A stretch of DNA of 63,821 nt, the filler included, from Reticulomyxa filosa (taxonomy: Eukaryota; Protista; Foraminifera), in the NCBI GenBank assembly GCA_000512085.1. It is 12 parts of 12 records of this genome, joined end to end, with 100 filler letters (N's around TTAATTAATTAA, not from the genome) between each part and the next. Parts side by side here need not be neighbours in the genome. Positions count along the whole stretch, not along the records: positions 16,664 to 30,197 come from ASPP01027725.1; positions 30,298 to 36,439 come from ASPP01004895.1; positions 36,540 to 49,621 come from ASPP01018816.1; 9 more parts are not named here. The stretch is one strand, 5' to 3'. The translations under genes were made by a program, and so were the position numbers. Shown here one piece after another: positions 25,175 to 37,483 of the stretch. Position 1 is the first letter of the stretch; the number at the start of each line of letters is the position of its first letter. The notes beneath the pieces were generated by a model. It searched no databases and had not been told where the DNA came from. It saw nothing but the letters and a program-made list of their open reading frames with translations.

Positions 25175-26484
25175 ATTTTTTAAATATCATTTTGAATTTA
25201 GTTTTTTATTAAATCTTTCCTAATTGTTTAAAAAATTTGAAAATTTTGGAGAAAAAGCTGACAATAGTGACTGTGTCGTAACCATGAAATTTGCCGACTT
25301 TTTTGTAAGGATTTTTAGACAGTGCTAAATGCGTATATATTTTTAAAAATTAGTATTCTACGTTGAGTATTTTTTGAGAAAACTCAATTTTTGTTATCAA
25401 AAAATTTTTTTTTTGCAGAATTTAATGTTATTTTTAAAGTTGTACATTTTGAAGGCATGATTGTTTTTGAATAATGATTGTTTTGTCTTTACTTATCATT
25501 TGCTTTTCTGCTTTTTTTTGTACAATGCCAAACAAGTCAAGTTAATTTAAAAAATCAGAACTGAAAATTTTTTTTATTATAAGATTTTTTAGTGAAAATT
25601 AACATTTGGTTAAATCACCTTTTGGCTTGTATACTGCTTGTATTCTATCTGACATTGATTTTGTTAAGTATGTGCATGTTTCTTTGTCAATTTTTTCTAA
25701 TTCTAATTCAAATTATTTCAAATGTTCTTCTTTTGATCTGAATAATCTATTTTTATTTTCACTTTCCACAACATATTTTCGATTATGTTCATGTCTGGAG
25801 AATTTAGCTTGAAATTCAATACTTTGATAGCATTTTGTTATACTATTCCTTTTACTGTAATTGCTTTGTGATTGTGGCATTATCTTGATGTAATATTCAA
25901 TATTCATTGTATTCTAAACAACAATATGTAATTTTGAGCATTTCATCACCTAGAATTTCTTTGAAAATATATACATTGACACCTCCATCAATTTTACATT
26001 AATAACCAGACCATAACACTCCAGTAACAAGACGTTGAATTCGTTCTGATACTTTTAACGAAAGCACTTTTCTTGATTTCTTCTTGATAAGTTTTTCAGT
26101 CTTTGATTTAACCTTTCATTTACTCACACATTCATGACTTACACTAAATTTTTTTGCAACTTTGCACAAACTCCAGTCATGATTCAACAGCTCAACATCA
26201 CGTAATTTGCTAAAATTCTAAATTCATTTAACCATTTCCCAAAAAAAAAAATTAAAAAATTCAAATATCGAACTATACTTAGCTAAAAAAAAAGAAAAAT
26301 AAAGGACAAAATATTGAAATAATTATGAAAGATTTAATAAAAAACTAAATTCAAAATAATATTTAAAAACTATACTATTCGTAGATATTTTAAAAAATTG
26401 TCTGAACGTTGTTTTTTCAAGAAGAAAATCAATTATCTCTATAATGTGCCATCATATGTGTCAACTTTACTTTGCATTATACTG
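25175..26484 (-). mobile_element. Degenerate, internally deleted Tc1 transposon
   Basis: Minus-strand remnants: HTH-like ELLNHDWSLCKVAKKFSVSHECVSK (~26200-26120), KIDGGVN...EILGDEMLK...HQDNAT (~25890) and NSPDMNIIENM (~25790). TIR at ~26320-26484 ending ACTG+TA, with a partial inverted partner at ~25175-25225. Confidence 0.82.
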
Positions 26485-26662
26485 TATAATCACTTCTTTT
26501 TCTTTTCTTTTTACAATGTCAATATATCTTTTGACTAAAATTCACTATATCTATTAATTCATCTATTTTCTTTATTTCTTTTTTTTCATTCACTTATTTT
26601 TTGCTTTGCTGAAGTCATTTTACGTTTTTCAATTTTTTTTTACTGTATGTCATCAACATATC

Positions 26663-26877
26663 TGTAGGGTAAATCAATATTATATAATTTCAAATACTAA
26701 TGGAACGGTGGGACCCGGTGGGTTAAAACAATATCACAATACAACGCACTTTTGTGTTTTCTTGTCTTCCTTTATTGTGTTGAAATTATTTTTGTTAATT
26801 TAATTTCCTTTTACTGAAGTTACTTTTTGGAACTAAGTTCCTTTCGTATTACATTTAGTTGTCTCACTATTCCTACA
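26663..26877. mobile_element. Solo-LTR-like / short TG...CA element with 4-bp TSD (TATC)
   Basis: Starts TGTAGG, ends CCTACA and is flanked by TATC on both sides. Shares internal motifs with 38902-39125. Confidence 0.8.
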
Positions 26878-27525
26878 TATCCACTTCACACTTCAATTCC
26901 TTTTAGCAATTACTATGTTTTTGTAGAAATGCTTCTTTCAAGAAACTTTCACTTCAAAAGATACGTGGTTTGTTAAATTAAAGAGCAACAAAAAGTATAT
27001 GACGTTGCATGAAAAGTTAGATCAATTAGGATCATATCCTGACTCATATGTGAGTGTTTCTCTACATTGTATTTCTTCTCTTTTATTTATTTTCTCAAAT
27101 CTTCTTCGCTAGTCTTTGGCTTTTTCTTTGTGTTTGTCTTGTTCCCCACTCCGTCAATTACTTTTATCTCAGCATTTGCTGTTCTTGCTCTCTTGTGATA
27201 TGCCTTCTTTACCGTAATGATGGGAAAATGTGCTCTTTTTTATTTTGTTATTATCCACGCGATGTTAGTAATTTCTCTCAAGTTTTGGCATACATTCAAG
27301 AGAAAATAACAACCTGTGTTTTGCAGTAATTTACTAACTCTTTGTCTATTAGCTTTTAAAACGAGGACATAATGCCGATCTAGTGGTTGTTTTTCAAAAG
27401 ATGAAATAAAACAGATATGTTTCTTTTACGTACAACGAAAAATCACAAACAAATCCCCACAAGTTTTGTCAGTCCGTTCTTTTTAATTGTTGAATTTGTA
27501 TTTTTTTTAAAAAAAAAAACGAGTT

Positions 27526-28658
27526 ATGGCCCAAGCATCAACTAAAGGCAGTATTGAAATTGAAGAATCTGTAACAGCAGCATGGAAAAATGTGTCGAAA
27601 GGACCTGCCAACTGGCAAGTTGCCGAGTTTAAATGTAATGCGTGTTTTTGTATTGTTTGACGAGGAGTACGAAATATACTTATTGCAACACCTGACTGGC
27701 TGAGTGCATAAAATGTTTTGTTTTCCACGCAAAACATAAACAGTTGTGGACAAGAAACCCACATTAGTTCATTTGAAGAGGTATGATCTTAAAAAATGTT
27801 TAATCGCTCTTTCGCAAACCACCCCTCCAACAACAACAAAAAATTGGTGTAAATAGTGGAGAAGGAGGACTGTCAGAACTGGTGAAAACTTTGGAAGAGG
27901 TATGTTTTTTTGTTTTTTTTTAGGATTTTAGATTTTTTTTTTTTGAGGATTTTAGATTTTTTTTTTTTTTGTCCTTGCTGATCAATTATTGTCATTATTT
28001 TTTTTTTTTTTTAATGAATTTGTAACAGAACCAAGAAAGATTCTTGGCAGGAGTTTTCAAAGTCATTCTTCACGGAAGCGACAAATCAGGTGATTACTTA
28101 ACTTTTTTATGCTCACACTTGTTTTTTTAGAATTGGAAGATATTGTCGGAAGGAATTTCAGGCGAATGTGTATTGAACAAGTAAAACATAAACATGTGGG
28201 GGGTGTTGTTGTACAACAACAGAGTACACGAAATTTTGCTACTTCCGCTTGGCAACTAACAAGGTGAAACCAACGGACAAAGCAAAGGCATCAAATTATA
28301 TTGATAAAATCAATGCTGCTTTCCCAGTTTAGTGGACTTTTTTTTTTTTTTGAGTTTTGTTGCAGTTTTTTTTTTTTTGTGTGATCGGTCATACAAGGTC
28401 AAACACATATCATTCCAATTGGATGAAGATTTCAAAACTCAATTGACGCCTGCTGCTGTCACCAAAGTTTTGTGAAATAATGAAAGGCATATGTGTATAA
28501 TATGTGTTGTATATACCCGCATAAAAAAAGTAAACAATTTTGAACTTGATTGATCGTTTGACCAGGAATTATTGGTTCGCAGTGAAAATATTACTGAGGT
28601 CAAAGATTATATCTTCGGACCTGAACAGACTTTCTCACCACATTCTAAACAAGAATAA
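27526..28658 (+). CDS. Coactosin-like ADF-H actin-binding protein, 7 short exons (absent from the ORF track)
   Basis: Phase-consistent GT-AG splicing gives MAQASTKGSIEIEESVTAAWKNVSKGPANWQVAEFKFVDKKPTLVHLKSGEGGLSELVKTLEENQERFLAGVFKVILHGSDKSEYTKFCYFRLATNKVKPTDKAKASNYIDKINAAFPVKHISFQLDEDFKTQLTPAAVTKELLVRSENITEVKDYIFGPEQTFSPHSKQE. The SGxGGLxEL and KF...VxPxxKAK motifs fit ADF-H/coactosin. Confidence 0.8.
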
Positions 28659-29280
28659 AAAAAAAGAGTAGTAGGTAGTTGGAACATATTGGTTTGATTT
28701 GTTACATTGTTTGAAGCGGGTGGTTGTGTTTCCCGTTGACTTCAAATTTGTTTGCAATTGATGTAAAAAATACTTATCGTCCCTTTCCTATTAAAAAGTA
28801 TTCGTGTCTAGCAAAAGGCAAATAAGGTCTTGTTGCCAAAATGACTTATTTTCAATCAGTTTTTTTAAAACTTAGCGTGACAGTGGCTCGGTCCTTTTTC
28901 TTAAGACTTTTTGGACTTAAAAGAAGCAATAGGATAACTTATTGTGAAATTAGCTTTTTTTTTTGAGATGGATTGTACATACATATGACTCAAACAAAAA
29001 TGTATACAAAACAGATTCATAACACAATCATCAACCAAGCCAAAAAGTAAGAAACGTAGAATGAAAGAATGTGCGATGCTTTCTCCTTTGGCTCAAGTAA
29101 TGGAATAGCCATTAAAAACTGTTACAATTTCTCAGTGTAATTTAGGCTAAATTACTTATCTTCGAATCCTTCTGTTTTTTCAGCCAAATAATTAATACTG
29201 ATCTTTTTTGACGAAACTTCTTGATAAAATCTTTTGTTACAGTCTTTCACGAAAGGGGACATTATTGTGTTCATTTATAT

Positions 29281-30160
29281 ATGATGCCATTTATTAACTT
29301 TTTATTTCTTTCATACTTACTAATCCAAATATTTTTTGCAATTAGTGAAGCAAATCCATTTTTTCGAAATCGTGCACAACATGTGGAAAAGTTGACGAAT
29401 AACCTTCTGAAACAGACAGAAGCAGAGCCACAGCACTCGCTGTTGAAACCAATGGACATGAGCCTGAACAATTGGGAAATGTATGGACACACTGTTTTGA
29501 CGAGCGAATTTGTTCAGTTGACTCCAGGTGTTTCAGGAGTGAAAGGTATGTTATATAACACATATCCACTGCGCCACAACGACTGGCAGATTACAATGGA
29601 CATCGACGTTCGCGGAGAGGGTTCACTAGGAGGAGATGGGCTCGCTGTATGGATTTTAAAAAATAATGACAAGTTGAACTTGCACAAGCATTTTCACTTT
29701 CAAAGTAACATATACATATTCATATATATGTATATACATATATGAATATGCATATGTTATTTTTGAAAGACAGCAAAGTTGGGACGGCAAGCAATGGTTG
29801 GGCGAGATTTATGGGATTCGAGAAGACTTTGACGGGTTTGGAGTGATCTTTGATACGTACGATAACGACAACCAAAGAGACAACCCTTTGGTGTTTGCGC
29901 TGTCAAACAACGGCAGCGTGCGTAGCCCACCTTGGGATCATGCCAATGACTTCAAGAAGTCCTTGCTCTGCAATAAACGCGATTCAGACAAAGACGAGGC
30001 AAACACGGAGGAGCGTTGTCAATGTACGATGAAATATCGAAACAGCGACACAGATGTCCGTGTGATCATAAGGTATCAAAGTGGTCAATTAAACGTACTC
30101 ATGGAAGAATATGCTCAGCCATTATCTGGCTCCAATCCTAAAGACCTGCACTTTTTTAAG
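29281..30160 (+). CDS. L-type lectin, ERGIC-53/VIP36 (LMAN) family, 3' partial
   Basis: Signal peptide, HSLLKP, WEMYGHTVLTSEFVQLTP, GGDGLAVW and FDGFGVIFDTYDND. Confidence 0.9.
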
Positions 30161-30164
30161 TTTT

Positions 30165-30197
<33 letters not shown>

Positions 30198-30297
30198 NNN
30201 NNNNNNNNNNNNNNNNNNNNNNNNNNNNNNNNNNNNNNNNNTTAATTAATTAANNNNNNNNNNNNNNNNNNNNNNNNNNNNNNNNNNNNNNNNNNNN

Positions 30298-30413
30298 TAG
30301 ATATTTTTTTAAAATAAAAAAAAATTATGTTAAATGTTGATTTTTCATGGAGAAAATCAATTATCATCATATGATACCGTTTTAGGCGTTCAGTTTTTCT
30401 TTACAACATACTG
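30298..30413. mobile_element. Tc1-family terminal inverted repeat copy at contig start
   Basis: TTTTTCATGGAGAAAATCAATTATC...TTTTAGGCGTTCAG...ATACTG+TA, homologous to 6095-6171. Confidence 0.75.
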
Positions 30414-30864
30414 TATATGGCATTGAATTCGTTCAATTCTTTGGAGATTTTGTAATGATGCGTTTTATCGGTAACTCCAATATGTTCAAAAGAAGAAGAA
30501 GTAACACCAATAGCATTGATATTAGTGTCAATATTGTCACTAGAATTAGTATCAGAATTATGATTGTCGATAAAATACCTTTCGGCAATAACCCGATTAG
30601 CTTTGGAGTGACTGCAGTCAACTCCAAACAGGGTTTACATAACCATGATCTTTTTTATGCGATTTGAAATGTACATTTCTATTTTTATTCGACATTTGCA
30701 TTAACTTGTGTATTTTCATAATGAGTCTGTCATTAGATGCGTTCACACCATTGGTAGTTCTAGTGTTTGTGTTAGCATTTATATAAGTGTTATGAATAAT
30801 GATATCCTTGTCATTTATACTCTGATAGTTGTCATTAGCACCAAACATGGCATTGCTATAAGCC

Positions 30865-31633
30865 TCATTTGTTTAAACAAGTCCATATAAATAATGCACA
30901 CATAGGTAACGACATGGACCTCAATGAGTGTGAATCTGATTTGGTGTGTGGTATCATTTCATTTCCATTTGGATTTGTGGTTGTATTTTCAAATGCTGCA
31001 ATTTGTTCTTTCATTCGGTCATTAAAAGTCATTAAATGACGATTCGATGGCAAAATGCCTCGTTTGTCATTGTGTTCTTTCATGCCCACAAATAGAGACA
31101 TAAGCAAAGGAACCACACATAATACCTCACTTTTTTCCCAATTTTTGACAATGTCCAATAGCTTGTCTAAATGTGACAAACGTGTTATCACGCACTGCTG
31201 CAGACGCATCACATGCATGTTCAATTTGTCTTTAAATATACCATCGATCATCAAATGCTGCTCAAATGCCTTTGCATTCCTCTTTTTGTCTTCATTTATC
31301 AAACCATATAGCTCTTTCCAGTCTCAAAATTTCGATCCCAGGTTGTGTACACGTTCTTCTCGTTCATGAGGAAAAAGCGGGATCTTGGAAATTTCCAACC
31401 CACACATACCTGATCTCCTTCTTCTCCTTTTTGTCTCAGTTGTTGCAAGTCGTGCCAATGATATTTGTACCAGACTCACTTATTGTCACTTTTTTGTGCA
31501 ATGACTTCACTGAAATTGCACGAGTTGCTATCAACTCGTCCACTTTTTCTTCCTTTTTCTCACCTTTACTTCTCTTTTTCATTGTCGGTTGTTTGGGCAA
31601 AAGTGTCAGATATGACAGCTTTTGGCTGATCAT
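30865..31633 (-). CDS. Hypothetical protein, probably disrupted
   Basis: Coding-like ORFs 31436-31633 and 30865-31302 with a GT-AG intron near 31410-31375, but the frames do not join cleanly. Confidence 0.35.
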
Positions 31634-32315
31634 ATCGGCGTTTTTTATTGGAAAGATTAATATCTGGTCATTCGCTATGTTTTAACTTACTCTTCTTATG
31701 ATTTGTGATATTAACATTTGCCATTTTTTTTATGCTTCAATGCAAAAAAAGTTTTACGCTTGACTGTTGTTGAAGTTTAAAACTATCCAAAGTCTCGACA
31801 GTACACTGGCGCTGGGGCAATTACAATTAACTCAATTGTTATATTCTTTAATGGCAGTAATTAATAATGATCGTAATTGTAAAAAATTTATTTTGCTGTT
31901 TTATTCTTTTCCGAGTTAATAATTTTCATATATAAATTAATACATATACATCATGTATGTAAACATTTGTTCAAAGCTTAGATGAAAGTCATTTTAAATC
32001 TTTTTTTCTAAAATGATTATCACTTTAATCAATATAATAATTTTCGAGAGCGAAACGGCAAATAGTCAAATAAGATCAGCAAGTAAGAAGTATCCATACA
32101 TGTCTAACAAACCAAATAACGTCAGCACTGTCAAACACCTCGTTCTTGTTAACGAACGAGGAACTCTCACCAGTTTGAACTTTCCCTTTTCAAGTTGCTT
32201 TCCATGGACACTGACATTAAAGTTACAGGGACAATGCTGTCTCTTTTATCGTTTATGTTTCTTAAACAACTTATTTTGACTGAATAGGTCAGTGATAAGG
32301 TTGAGACACATCAAC

Positions 32316-33894
32316 ATGGCACGACAGAACCAGGTAAGAGTTGTATGAACTTTGTTCATAAAGCAAACAACTCAACTAAACAAATAAGCAAATAAAAAAA
32401 AGAGAGTAAAAAAATGGAAGAAAAGACGACAGCATTGCAAAAAGGCGTAATGGAGATTGAAAAAGTGAAAAAAGCAAAAGGCGAGAAATGGGATGAAAGG
32501 CAAATGCTATCATTTTATTTTGACTCATTTGGATTTGCAGAACAGTTGTCCAAACCGCAACAACCTGTGCTTGTTTTAGGTGTATATATTTTGAAGCACA
32601 TCTCACCGTTCAAAGATTTATGGTGCCACACAACAAATAATTCTGAGCCTCTTATCTCATTAGACGCATGTGCCAATTTTCTGGAGGAGATTGAAAAGTC
32701 ATATTGCGACAATCCATGTTTCCAATCTTTTTTACAAAATTGTTTTTACTTAAAAAAAAGAATACAACAAAAATGATAACAAAAAAATAATAAAGATCAC
32801 AACAACGTGCATGCCACTGACGTAATGCAATTTTTAACTGTTCTTCTGCAATCTCCTTTTCTTCAAGTTTTGTTGTTACTACTTGAATACATGCGTACAT
32901 TGACATAAATATAAGCATGCACATATATAGTATACACATACGTGTATGTGTATGAACAACTCAAACAAGCAAACAAATAAATAAATAAAAAAGCAACGAT
33001 TTTCAGCTTTGGAATGCTTGACCATGTTAATGGCGGCAGCGGGCCATGATGCTGGACACAATGGCAGAAATAATGACTTTCATGTGTGTGTGTGTTTTTT
33101 TTTTAATTCAGTTTTGTTTTGTAAGATTTGAGAGCATGTTTTTTGTTGTGTCGTTGTTATTGGGGTGATTATCCAAAAGAAAAAAACAAAGTCAAACTTG
33201 TTCCAGAAATATCCCGAATCATGTTTGGAAAATGACCACGTTGCGAGCGTGATGCAATTATTGGAAGAGTCGTCCAACTCGACCAATTGGCTAAAAAATA
33301 TCAACGAAAAAGAGCGACTTCGCATGATCCATTGGATTCGCTTTTGCATCCTGGGCACTGATATGGGCACGTATCATGCCTCCATTAAACAAGAGCTGAA
33401 AGCTAGACTTCATTTTCTCACGTGTGTACGTCTGTGTACATGCACATACATATATATGTTATACATTATTTTTTTAAAAGATCTGTTTATTTGTTCATTC
33501 TTTTTTTTAAACAAAAAAAAGTGATAAGGAGCGTGAATGGTCTGAAGAAGATAAATTGACAATGGCTCGAGCATGCTTGCACTTTGCGGACATTGGCAAT
33601 CCTTGTCGAGAGCATAAGATATCCTCTGAATGGGGAAAGCTGGTTGTCACTGAGTTTTATGAGCAAGGGGATGTGATGCGTGATCTCGGCTTGGAAATTT
33701 CACCGGGCTGTGATCGCTTTGAAAACTCGGGTGATCAAAACACATCTGCAAAACCTAAATTCGATTTCAATACCATGTGTTTCGAACCTTTGCTAAACTT
33801 GATTATTCCCTTTGTTCCACAATTGAAAACAGAGGCGCTTATTATTTACAATGCCAATAACAAACTTCGCTCAGACAAAGCGCTAAAAACGTAA
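32316..33894 (+). CDS. Class I cyclic-nucleotide phosphodiesterase (catalytic domain), multi-exon
   Basis: Spliced motifs NPY/HNNVHATDVMQ, AAAGHDAGHNGRNNDF, LENDH, ILGTDM, HFADIGNPCR and EFYEQGD. Confidence 0.9.
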
Positions 33895-34366
33895 TTTGCT
33901 GTTCGGTTTCCGATTTGACTTTTTTTGAGTGATTTTATTCTTTTTTATTTTTTCTTTTTTTTGTTTTGTTTTTGTTTGACTTGATTGGCGCTCGTCTTTT
34001 GTGCATTTCTGGTTTGCTTGGTTTACTTGCGATATTTGTGTTTTGTGTCTTTTTTACGGAGTACGTCAGCTGATTCCAATCATTATTGTGTAGCTTTTCC
34101 TTGCTGTTCAAAATTCTTGTAAAGCAAAGCTGTTAGTCTGATTATTTAAGCGTGGGAAAAGCACATCACCGTTTTTCTGTTTTAATACCCAACATTTTAG
34201 AAATTCTTTTTTTGAAATGATGGTCTCCCTTTTCTTCTCATCTCGGGTAAATTGTCTTTTTTTTGTCCAGACATACAAATACTTGGCAGTTAGTATTTTG
34301 CTTTGCTATTATATATTTGCTTTGTTGTGAGAGTAGTGCGCGGCAAAATAAAAAACAAGAGAAAAG

Positions 34367-36439
34367 ATGTCAAAATCAGTCGAAAAAAAGGAAGTTGTAA
34401 CGCATTTTCATTGCCTATATTGCTTTCATACACTATGGTGTAAACTGTCGAAAATGAAAGCACCAGATTTTCCATGGCCACTTCCCCATAGCAGTGACAA
34501 GATGTAAAAAAAAAGCCCTCTTTTCTTGAGAAATTGAAAAAGTAAATCTCAACAATAATAAAAAAAAGGGGGTTATTTGTGACATGGTCAAAAAAACTAC
34601 GAAAAGAAGAAGAATATGACCTGCGAGGTTGTTTGGGCACTTTCTCAGAGGATATGCCAATTTCGGAAGGATTGAAAAAATATGCCATTTACAGGTAATC
34701 TATTTTATGTATTTAAATATTTCAAAAGGGATGTTATAATATCCCCCCCTTGCCCTTTGCCAAAGTGATGGTTAGAGTAAAGGAGTGTAACATTGTGGAA
34801 ATTGTTGTATATTGACTTGCAATGAAACCATTGTAGTGCCTTGCAGGATAAGCGCTTCAATCCCATTACCATTGACGAAATTCTCTCTTGAAATGCGATG
34901 TCTCTTTGCTTCATTCCTTCAAACAAGCCAAAGATTTGGACGATTGGGTGGTATTTGTTTTACGTATACATATATGTACATATATAAATATATACGTATA
35001 CATTTTTATTTTTGTTTTTGATGTATACTGTTGATGTATTCGTTTGATATTGTGTGTCTTTTTTTTTTTGTGGAAATGGGAACGTGATGGGTTCGTTCAA
35101 TCGTTGTCGAGATTGGACAACATGGTGTGAAGTTGTCATTTCAAGATGATTCGGGTCAGCAATTCTCTGCTACGTATTTACCAGAAATTGCGTTGGAACA
35201 AAGTTCTTTTTTATGCGCTATCTCATATATGTGCATATGTATATTCGTGATTATGTGCTATCAACATGCGTGTAATGGAAATAATGTACGATTGGGATAG
35301 ACTGGAGCAAATCGGAAACAATTCGACACTTGTTGAGCAAAGCAGGATATAAAAGATCGCTGAGCAGTACAAAGAATGCGAGATTGATGACGTACGAATC
35401 GTGCAAAGCAGAATTGACGTGGGAAGAGTGTGTCGTCCATTACTGTTCGCTCAACGTTTCTCCAAATGTCATGATCGAGTCCTTTCGCTCGTTTTCTTGC
35501 TTGCCGTATTCACTCTCTCACCATCTACTTCTAGATTACTCTGGTTCCTCTCTTTCCCTCTCCAACAATCCCACTGTCTACCCCAACGCTAAGTCGGTCT
35601 TTTTTTGTTTATACATTACATTAACGTATACATGTATGTATACGTATATATGTGTTTGCAGTGTGTCAAGTGCGTCATCAACGACGAAGCAAAAGGACAG
35701 AGAAAAGGAAAAAGAAGCAGTGGTGGCTCATAAAGGGAGCTCTTTGCTGAGTTTGTTTACACGAAGATATTCCAACACTTTGGAGGACAAAGAAAAGCAG
35801 AAACAGAAAGAGAAAGACAAAAAGAAGAAACAGGACGCAGGTAGTTTGCTTTTTAATAAGCCTCGTCGCGATATTGATTTGATTGAGCCTTTCAGCTCCA
35901 AACGAACCACTTTTGACAGCTCACTTGTCAATAAGTTTTTCTTCCTTTTTTATGTTATGTGTTCTTCTTTGTCCTTTTTAGCTCTTTGCATCTCTTGCAT
36001 AATCCACACATTCACCAACTTTTATACTGATCCATATAGAGACTTTCCAAATAAAGTTGACAACAAAGAAGAAGACAATGGTGACAATGATGGTGATGAT
36101 GACAATGATGATGGTAAAGATAAAGATGAAGAGAAAAGAACAAAAAAACAGAAAGAAAAAGACAAAGAAGAGCGAGTAAGTGGAATGAACAAAAGACCCA
36201 ATATATTGAGTGCTCCAGCACACAGAGAACGTACGCAAAGCGAGGACAGTTCTGGAGTTGGGCAGTCTTCCTCGTCCAGTTGTAACACTCCTCCGCTCTG
36301 TCGTATTCGCCTGCAGACACTGTTTGCGCCTCATAAGGACACAAATCAAATCTATCAAAAACTCCGCTCTGTCGTATTCGCCTGCTCCACTGTTTGCGCC
36401 TCATAAGGACACAAATCAAAACAATGCAAAGCATGCCCC
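34367..36439 (+). CDS. AMMECR1: AMMECR1-domain protein with long low-complexity C-terminal extension; one frameshift at ~34888; 3' partial
   Basis: Spliced exons give HCLYCFHTLW, GLFVTWSKK...DLRGCLGTFS, ALQDKRFNPITIDEI, CDVSLLHSF...DDWVIGQHGVKLSF...SATYLPEIALEQNWSKSETIRHLLSKAGYK. Confidence 0.9.
36291..36420 (+). repeat. Tandem duplication of ~60 bp (period 71)
   Basis: CTCCGCTCTGTCGTATTCGCCTGC...ACTGTTTGCGCCTCATAAGGACACAAATCAAA at 36291-36350 and 36362-36420. Confidence 0.9.
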
Positions 36440-36539
36440 NNNNNNNNNNNNNNNNNNNNNNNNNNNNNNNNNNNNNNNNNNNNTTAATTAATTAANNNNN
36501 NNNNNNNNNNNNNNNNNNNNNNNNNNNNNNNNNNNNNNN

Positions 36540-36624
36540 GGTTTAAATCTTATTTTTCATGGAGAAAATCGATTCTCTTCATATAGTGCCATTTAGTTAT
36601 GTCAGTTTTTTTTGCAATATACTG
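36540..36624. mobile_element. Tc1-family TIR copy at contig start
   Basis: TTTTTCATGGAGAAAATCGATTCTC...GTGCCATTTAG...GTCAG...ATACTG+TA. Confidence 0.72.
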
Positions 36625-37483
36625 TAATCGCTTATGAATTAAATAATTTGGACTATTTTTGTTTCATACTATACTTCGTGCTTTTTTCTTTGAACGTATG
36701 CTTATAAATTTGTTTGATATAATTTTGTTTGTTTTCACAACTTACGAACATCGCCAAATTATTGTACCTATTTGACTATTAAAGAATGAAAGAAAAGTGT
36801 TGGGTTCTGACTGGCTGATGGAAATAGAAAAGAATAAATAGAATTTTAACAAGTACAAATTTTGAATGTTTCATTTTTTTATCATTTTTTACGTATAAAA
36901 TGTTTAAATTTTTTTTATGATTAAAGGCAATGTGACCACTCTGATTTGGAATATATAATTTATAATATAATATAATTACAGTGTTAGTAAAATATGTTTA
37001 AGCAGTTAAGTCAAGCTGCAATATATTCTACACACATGCATATATATTATATTATACATTCGTGTTTTCGATGTCCGGCATCGTGTTTGTTTGAAAAAGG
37101 TTCAAGACATAGACTGATTGAAAGATTGTTTATGCTGAAATGTCGAAATTAGAATTATGTTCATTATTTTTTTCATTCTTGGTTTTCTTTGTTTCTGATT
37201 TCATATTATTGTTTCAAGTTTTTTTTTATCGAAATATAAATTATTTATACACTCGTTTTCTGTGATTGCTCACAATTAAAAATCAAGTAATAAAAAATTT
37301 ATTGTTTTACAAAGAGAAGCTAGTAGAATAAGTTCTTTTTAAAAGGGGATTAGTTTTTATTAAAAATTAAATGTTTGAAAAATCAATATGCTTCTCAAAA
37401 CGTTAATGAATTGGCTTTGCTCCGATGATCATTTTAGACTTAAAAAAAAATTAATAAAGCACCAAAAAAATATTTAAAAAATT

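Noticed and set aside
27920-27970. Short tandem AGGATTTTAGATTTTTTT duplication, and (TA)/(TACA)/(AAAT) microsatellites in introns
   Set aside because: Ordinary low-complexity intron sequence or assembly stutter.
31436-31447. C-N-N-TGA on the minus strand as a second selenoprotein (CxxU)
   Set aside because: No thioredoxin-like context. Another frame (LQQLRQKGEEGDQ) reaches the splice donor equally well, and the region looks frameshifted.
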